Part shown: piece by piece, positions 58,201 through 64,000 of the stretch
Position numbering within the stretch: the stretch's first letter is position 1
How the letters are laid out: each line of letters begins with the position of its first letter
NCBI GenBank assembly: GCA_951406725.2
Contig: OX597826.1
Span: forward strand, 68,820,001 to 68,884,000
DNA from: Octopus vulgaris
Lineage: Eukaryota
Direction: 5' to 3'
DNA length: 64,000 nt
The notes under the pieces: model-generated
Database searches by the model: none
The model's input: only the letters and a program-made list of their open reading frames with translations
Told to the model about the DNA's origin: nothing
Position numbers and translations under genes: made by a program

Positions 58201-58770
58201 TTTATATATATAGAAACTACCTATTAACGAAAGAGGATGGGAACATAAACGGAGTTTTCCTCGCATCTAAAGATGTAATCCTGATACCAGATTGTTATGT
58301 TTCGAGGAATGTGAGAACATGCGGACGGTGGTCGAAAGCAAGTGGCACAAATGCTGCAACTACGGTAGAACAGACCACTTGCAAGTTTCTGCTCCACGAG
58401 GATGACGAAAAAAGGAATTTGAGCTACACTTTCCAAGCTCACAGTAGCAATAGGTAGGATGACTGCAAGACCAATCGGACAAAAAAGCAGAAGCAATACA
58501 CGATGGAGTACATAATGGAGTGTTCACCGCAAGAAATAAATAAAAGTCTTTACCACAAACCCAGACACGCAATAACTTGCGCAGTCGTACACGAGGATAC
58601 GTTCGACGCTTTTCACGTTCGCATTTTTAACTCCGAAGAACCGCAGAAATACAGAGATCGTCTAAGTTGAAGACGGTGGTACTAAAGCAACTTAATCGTG
58701 TCTTCAAGACGAGAACGTTCGGAAGCCAGAGGTCTAACTCACACCCTCTTTCTCTCTTTCCTTCTTTCTT

Positions 58771-58810
<40 letters not shown>

Positions 58811-59056
58811 CACATATGCAATTAAAGATGAATTAGGTGGCAACTAACGAATCAGGTAACAATCGAAAAGCAAGCTAGATCATATTTGGATTGTGGCTTT
58901 CTGTTGCATTTCACCATTGTACTGGCCACAAAATTTTCAATCCTTGCTCTCATTAAAACAAATGTTTATTATTTTCATTTTTATTAATGTTATTATTATT
59001 ACTATTATCATTGTTTTCGTCTTCATTGTCGTCGTCGTCGTCGTCAGTCGTCGCCA

Positions 59057-59800
59057 GGGGGTCGTGATAGCTGAATTTTGTACGCCGGGCGAATTACTTG
59101 GCAGTATTTCGTCTGCCGCTACGTTCAAAGTTCAAATTTCGCCGAGGTCGACTTTGCCTTTCATCCTTTCAGGGTCGATAAATTAAGTAGCAGTTACGCA
59201 CTGGGGTCGATATAATCGACTTAATCCGTTTGTCTGTCATTGGTTGTCCTCTCTGTGTTTAGCCCCTTGTAGCTAGTAAAGAAATAGGTATTTCTTCTGC
59301 CGTTACGTTGTGAGTTCCAATTCCGCTGAGGTCGTCTTTGTCTTTCATCCTTTCAGGGTCGATAAATTAAGTACCAGTTACGCACTGGGGTCGATATAAT
59401 CGACTTAGTCCATTTGTATGTCATTGTTTGTCGTCTTTGTGTTTAGCCCCTTGTAGGTAGTAAAGAAATAGGTATTTCGTCTGTCTTTACACTCTGAGTT
59501 CAAATTGTACCGAGGTCGACTATGCCTTTCATCCTTTCGGGGACGATAAATTAAGTACCAGTTATATACTGGAGTCGATCTAATCGTCTGGCCCCTTCCC
59601 CAAAATTTCGGGCCTTGTGCCTAGAGTAGAAAAGATACGTTAGCATGCCGGAGAAAATGCTTTGTGGCATTTCGTCCGTCTTTATATTCTGAGGTAAAAT
59701 TCCGCAGACGTATACTTGGTTTTTGATCCCTTTTAAAGTCGATAAAATCGACTCACCCCATGAATGAAATCGCTGGCCTTGTGTCGAAATTTGAAATCAT
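59057..59800 (+). mobile_element. SINE family B multimer
   Basis: Head plus three ~183-bp units (starting ~59104, ~59287, ~59471), tail variant 2, then a further diverged copy. Confidence 0.9.
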
Positions 59801-60068
59801 TATTACTGTTTTTCTTTATTATTTTTGCTTGTCATTGAGCTGGCAGAATCGGTAGGAGCGTCGAAAAAACCCCCAAAAGACACTTAGTTGCATTTCGCCC
59901 CTCTTTGCGTTCGGAGTTGAAATTCTGCCGATGGCAACATTGACGTTCATTGTCGGTAAAATGAGAACTGACTGAAATCTGAGATCGATATAATCGATTG
60001 CTTCCTCCACTCAAAATTCTAGGATTCCTGAAAAATATTCTTTTGAAGCGAGAGTTTTCTATTTGTGA

Positions 60069-60159
<91 letters not shown>

Positions 60160-60258
60160 TGTATATATATATATATATATGACAGACGAGAGGTGCAAGT
60201 CATCTCAGTATTTAGATAGAGATATATAGTAAGAGCAACGAAAACAGCAAGAGACATC

Positions 60259-60316
<58 letters not shown>

Positions 60317-60781
60317 TATATAGATATATAGATAGATATATACACACATACATATACATATATATATATGTATATATATCTTTATCTATTTATATATACA
60401 TATAAATGTATGTATGTATTATATATATATGCATGTATATATTTATGTATATGTATGCATGTATATACATATATATATGTGTGTTTGCATGTATAAATGT
60501 ATATATATTTATATACAGTCACGTATAGAACTATACATATAAGTACATGGATGTATGTGTGTGTGTGTGTGCGTGTGTGCGTGTTTTCTCCACACCACTT
60601 GACATACAGTGTTAGTTTGTTTACGCCCACGTACACTGCGCACTTTGGCAAAATTGGCGTTAGAATAAATACCGAAGTGAAAGAGACGCTCCATCAAGTC
60701 TGCCGTCCAATTACTGAAGCATGTTAATGAGTCAAGGTTATATGTTACCTAGCAACAGTCATATCATGCGGCATCTCTCAC

Positions 60782-60827
<46 letters not shown>

Positions 60828-61439
60828 GCACACACACACACACAAACACAGACACATACGCACATTGCACATGCCATTTAATATCAGACAACTCAGGTAA
60901 CAACAGACAGAAACAATCTTAAGCGCTGTCAAGTGATATCTCACGTAGGAAGAGACAGTTCACGAGACACGACTTGCATCAAGCAGAAAAGATATATTTA
61001 CAGATATATCGCACAGCAGAAGAAATATCATCTAGCAATGTGCGTATATCACATAATCGCAAATAGATATCACACTGATGAAGATATAGCACCTGAAAAT
61101 AAAAAGAAAAGAAAAGAAATTCGACACATCACCAAGCAAGAGATTATCTCCCTTTTGCATCGGATATATAACGTTATGACATATCACCGAATAACAGATA
61201 TGATACATAGAAATATCAAGCAGCTACAGTTATATGGCGTAGAGATATGGAAAGCACTTAGGTACAGATATATATCACCTGCAAATGACTGATAACAAAG
61301 GATCTCTTCAACCTATATCTTTTTGTTTTTATCTTTTTTTTTTCCTGTTTTTCCTTTTCGTTCCGTTTATCATTAACTTATCTCAGACGTCGAACCGTGG
61401 CCATACTGGAATACACATGCACGTGTACGAATGTGTGTG

Positions 61440-61482
<43 letters not shown>

Positions 61483-61489
61483 ACAAAAC

Positions 61490-61760
61490 AGGCTTCCATG
61501 CACTTTCCGTCTACCATATTCCGTCTAACAAATTTACTCACAAGCTACGGGTCGATCTTGTGTTATATACATATATATATATATATATATATGTGTGTGT
61601 ATGTGCGTGTGTGTGTGTATGTGTGTGTGTGTGTGCATATACATAGGCACAGGAGTGGTTTCGCGTTAAGTAGCTTCCTGACCAGCCACGTGGCTCTGGG
61701 TTCAGTCCCACTGAGTGGTACCATGTGAATGGATTTGTAGACGGAAACTGAAAGCAGACT
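61490..61760. mobile_element. Two divergent SINE-A fragments (- then +)
   Basis: TTTCCGTCTACC on the minus fragment; GGCACAGGAGTGG...GGTTCAGTCCCACTG...GACGGAAACTGAAAG on the plus fragment. Confidence 0.75.
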
Positions 61761-61766
61761 GTTGTT

Positions 61767-61811
<45 letters not shown>

Positions 61812-61821
61812 CAAAATGTGA

Positions 61822-62015
61822 CAGCATGTGTACCGTTGCCGATTTTTTTTCTCTGTCTTCTCTTCTCTGGATCTTTCCTTCTATGTTTCCGACGAAGAGC
61901 TCCGCTCGAAACGTTAAATCCTCCTTCTTTCCTTCTTTCCTGAGCGTCCAATAATACTATATTTGTTCCACGTCGTCGCGTTGTTGTGTTTTTTTGTGTT
62001 TTCTTGTTTGGATTA

Positions 62016-62020
<5 letters not shown>
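61822..62020 (+). mobile_element. Penelope-like pseudo-LTR fragment
   Basis: TTTC CGACGAA GAGC tcc GCTC GAAAC GTT AAA and CCTGAGCG...TAATAC blocks shared with 24124-24300 and 26570-26757. Confidence 0.65.
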
Positions 62021-62090
<70 letters not shown>

Positions 62091-62113
62091 TACGGCTTAT
62101 TCTCATAATATTC

Positions 62114-62297
62114 AAGGCGGTGAGCTACCAGAATCTTTAGCACGCCGGGCGAAATGCTTAGCGGTATTTCGTCTGCCTTTACGTCCTGAGTTCAAATTTC
62201 GCCGATGTCTACTTTTCCTTTCATCCTTTCGGGGTCGATAATCTAAATACCAGTGAAACCCACTAAATTTCAGGCCTTGTGCCCTTAGTAGAAAGGA
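62114..62297 (+). mobile_element. SINE family B
   Basis: Head/core/tail 2; TTATTCTCAT direct repeats flank it. Confidence 0.9.
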
Positions 62298-62387
62298 TTA
62301 TTCTCATTAAATTTCAATCCGATACGTGTTTCTACATGATAAGTGTCCAGTGATGTAACATTTATGCGCATTTAGTTGCTTCAGTTG

Positions 62388-62650
62388 TGGAGGCGCATGG
62401 GTTAGTGGTTAGGTTGTCAACATCATGATTGTAAAATTGTGATTTCGATTCCTGAAGCGGCAGACGCGTTGTGTTCTTGAGCAAAACACTTCACTTCACG
62501 TTGCTCCAGTCCACTCAGCAGGCAAAACTAAGTAACGCTGCGATGGACTGGTGCCCCGTCCAGCTGGGGAACACATACCCCATAGAAACCGGGAAACCGG
62601 ATCCATGAGCCTGGCTAGGCTTTAAAAAAGGGCACATTTATTATTTATTT
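62388..62650 (+). mobile_element. SINE family C-related full copy
   Basis: tRNA-like head, TTGAGCAAAACACTT core, ACTGGTGCCCCGTCCAG body, (TTTA)n tail. Confidence 0.85.
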
Positions 62651-62865
62651 AGTTGATTCAGTTGCAGAACATGTTCATATCCAAGGTATGCAGCTTTGGC
62701 TTAAAATGGCCGAAGCGTCGAAGTCACTGTCAGCATCAATCTTGTTGGAGAATAATAAATATTTGCTCTGCACAGGTATAGATTAACCCATTATATTATT
62801 GTAAAATTGCTTTTATTATAACTGAACATAAAAACAAACGTCTGTGTGTTTGTGTGCGTATATAT

Positions 62866-62956
<91 letters not shown>

Positions 62957-62977
62957 CATGTGTGTGTGTATGTATGT

Positions 62978-63017
<40 letters not shown>

Positions 63018-63867
63018 TTGTGTATTTATATTCCATTTATAGATTATTGCCTTCATAATACAACTGCAATAAATGTGGATTATTTTATATCTAGAATCCC
63101 TTAAGAATATGTTGTCGGACGAGTTAGCCATTTTGATGAATTGTCATGATTTCTCATATGATTCAGGTTTTTTTTTTTACTGGATTTCTATTCAATGCAT
63201 TGTGTTCTCGCTTAGCCATAGTTCATCTAACTGTCGAGAGGAGGAACTAGAGCGAGTCTGACTTAAAACAGATCAATAGCGCTGATCATCGATTAACAGT
63301 TACCTCCGATCATTGAGCGTGAAATAATTGGATCTATCTATCGCAAGAATGCGTGAGCTAAATAAATAAATAAATGACTGGTTATGCGCAGTTCATTTGG
63401 AGAGAGAGGGAGGGGGGAGAGAGAGAGAGAGCGAGAGACAGAGAGAAGGAGGGGGGTAGAGAATGAGTGACAGACAGAAAGATAGACAGAAAGAGAGGAA
63501 TAGTGAGAAAAAGAGGGACAGAGAGACCGATAGATGAACGAGAGAGAAAGAGAGTGCTAGAAGGAGTAACGTAAACGATCATGCATTCACATGTTAATAA
63601 CGGATCCTCTGGCACAATAACAGCATAAAATCTAAAATTAGATACGGGAACAAATCAATGCAAATGAACAGAACAATCGGACATATCATGGCGAGAGCAT
63701 CTACACTCGAAATATACAGGAGAAATCAAATGCATCCTGTTTGTATAATAGAAGAATTTGTGCTCGGCGGAAAAAACATACAAATGAAATTATAGTTATA
63801 CATTAATCATAACAGATATTAAAATAGCATTAATCAAATAATTGCGATATAATAATTATAGCAATAA

Positions 63868-63884
63868 AGACGATGATGATGATG

Positions 63885-63951
<67 letters not shown>

Positions 63952-64000
63952 TGATAATGATAATAATACTAATGATGATAATGATAATAATAATAATGAT
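63868..64000. repeat. (GAT)/(TAA)n microsatellite
   Basis: Direct reading. Confidence 0.95.

Noticed and set aside
58225-58460. Possible L1/Tx1 ORF1 zinc knuckle (VVESKWHKCCNYGRTDHLQ)
   Set aside because: CCHC pattern incomplete; too decayed to call.
59057-59640. Regular repeat array as CRISPR
   Set aside because: Whole ~183-bp units repeat with no unique spacers; eukaryotic SINE context.

Overview
AT-rich, microsatellite-saturated animal DNA, most likely a coleoid cephalopod (Octopus-like). This is inferred from the tRNA-derived SINE families and the extreme (TA)n/(CA)n/(TAA)n density. No intact host gene is evident, and almost all long ORFs in the track are microsatellite artefacts. The window is mostly decayed transposons: three SINE families (~30 copies), R4/Dong-type LINE pieces associated with (TAA)n, RTE- and CR1/L2-like LINE ends, Penelope-like fragments with hammerhead-ribozyme motifs, four non-autonomous Helitrons, and several Tc1/mariner/pogo/piggyBac-like derivatives. 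The most notable observations are: (1) an RTE-like LINE copy whose 5' ~155 nt appear saturated with sense-strand A->G changes, possibly ADAR hyper-edited RNA written back into the genome; (2) SINE multimers with an identical self-complementary junction at separate loci, one of them inserted as a single unit; (3) a type I hammerhead with an intact core; (4) a covarying 3'UTR stem-loop shared by two Dong copies; (5) an inverted duplication that preserves the empty site of a Helitron. A few speculative micro-exons are also flagged.
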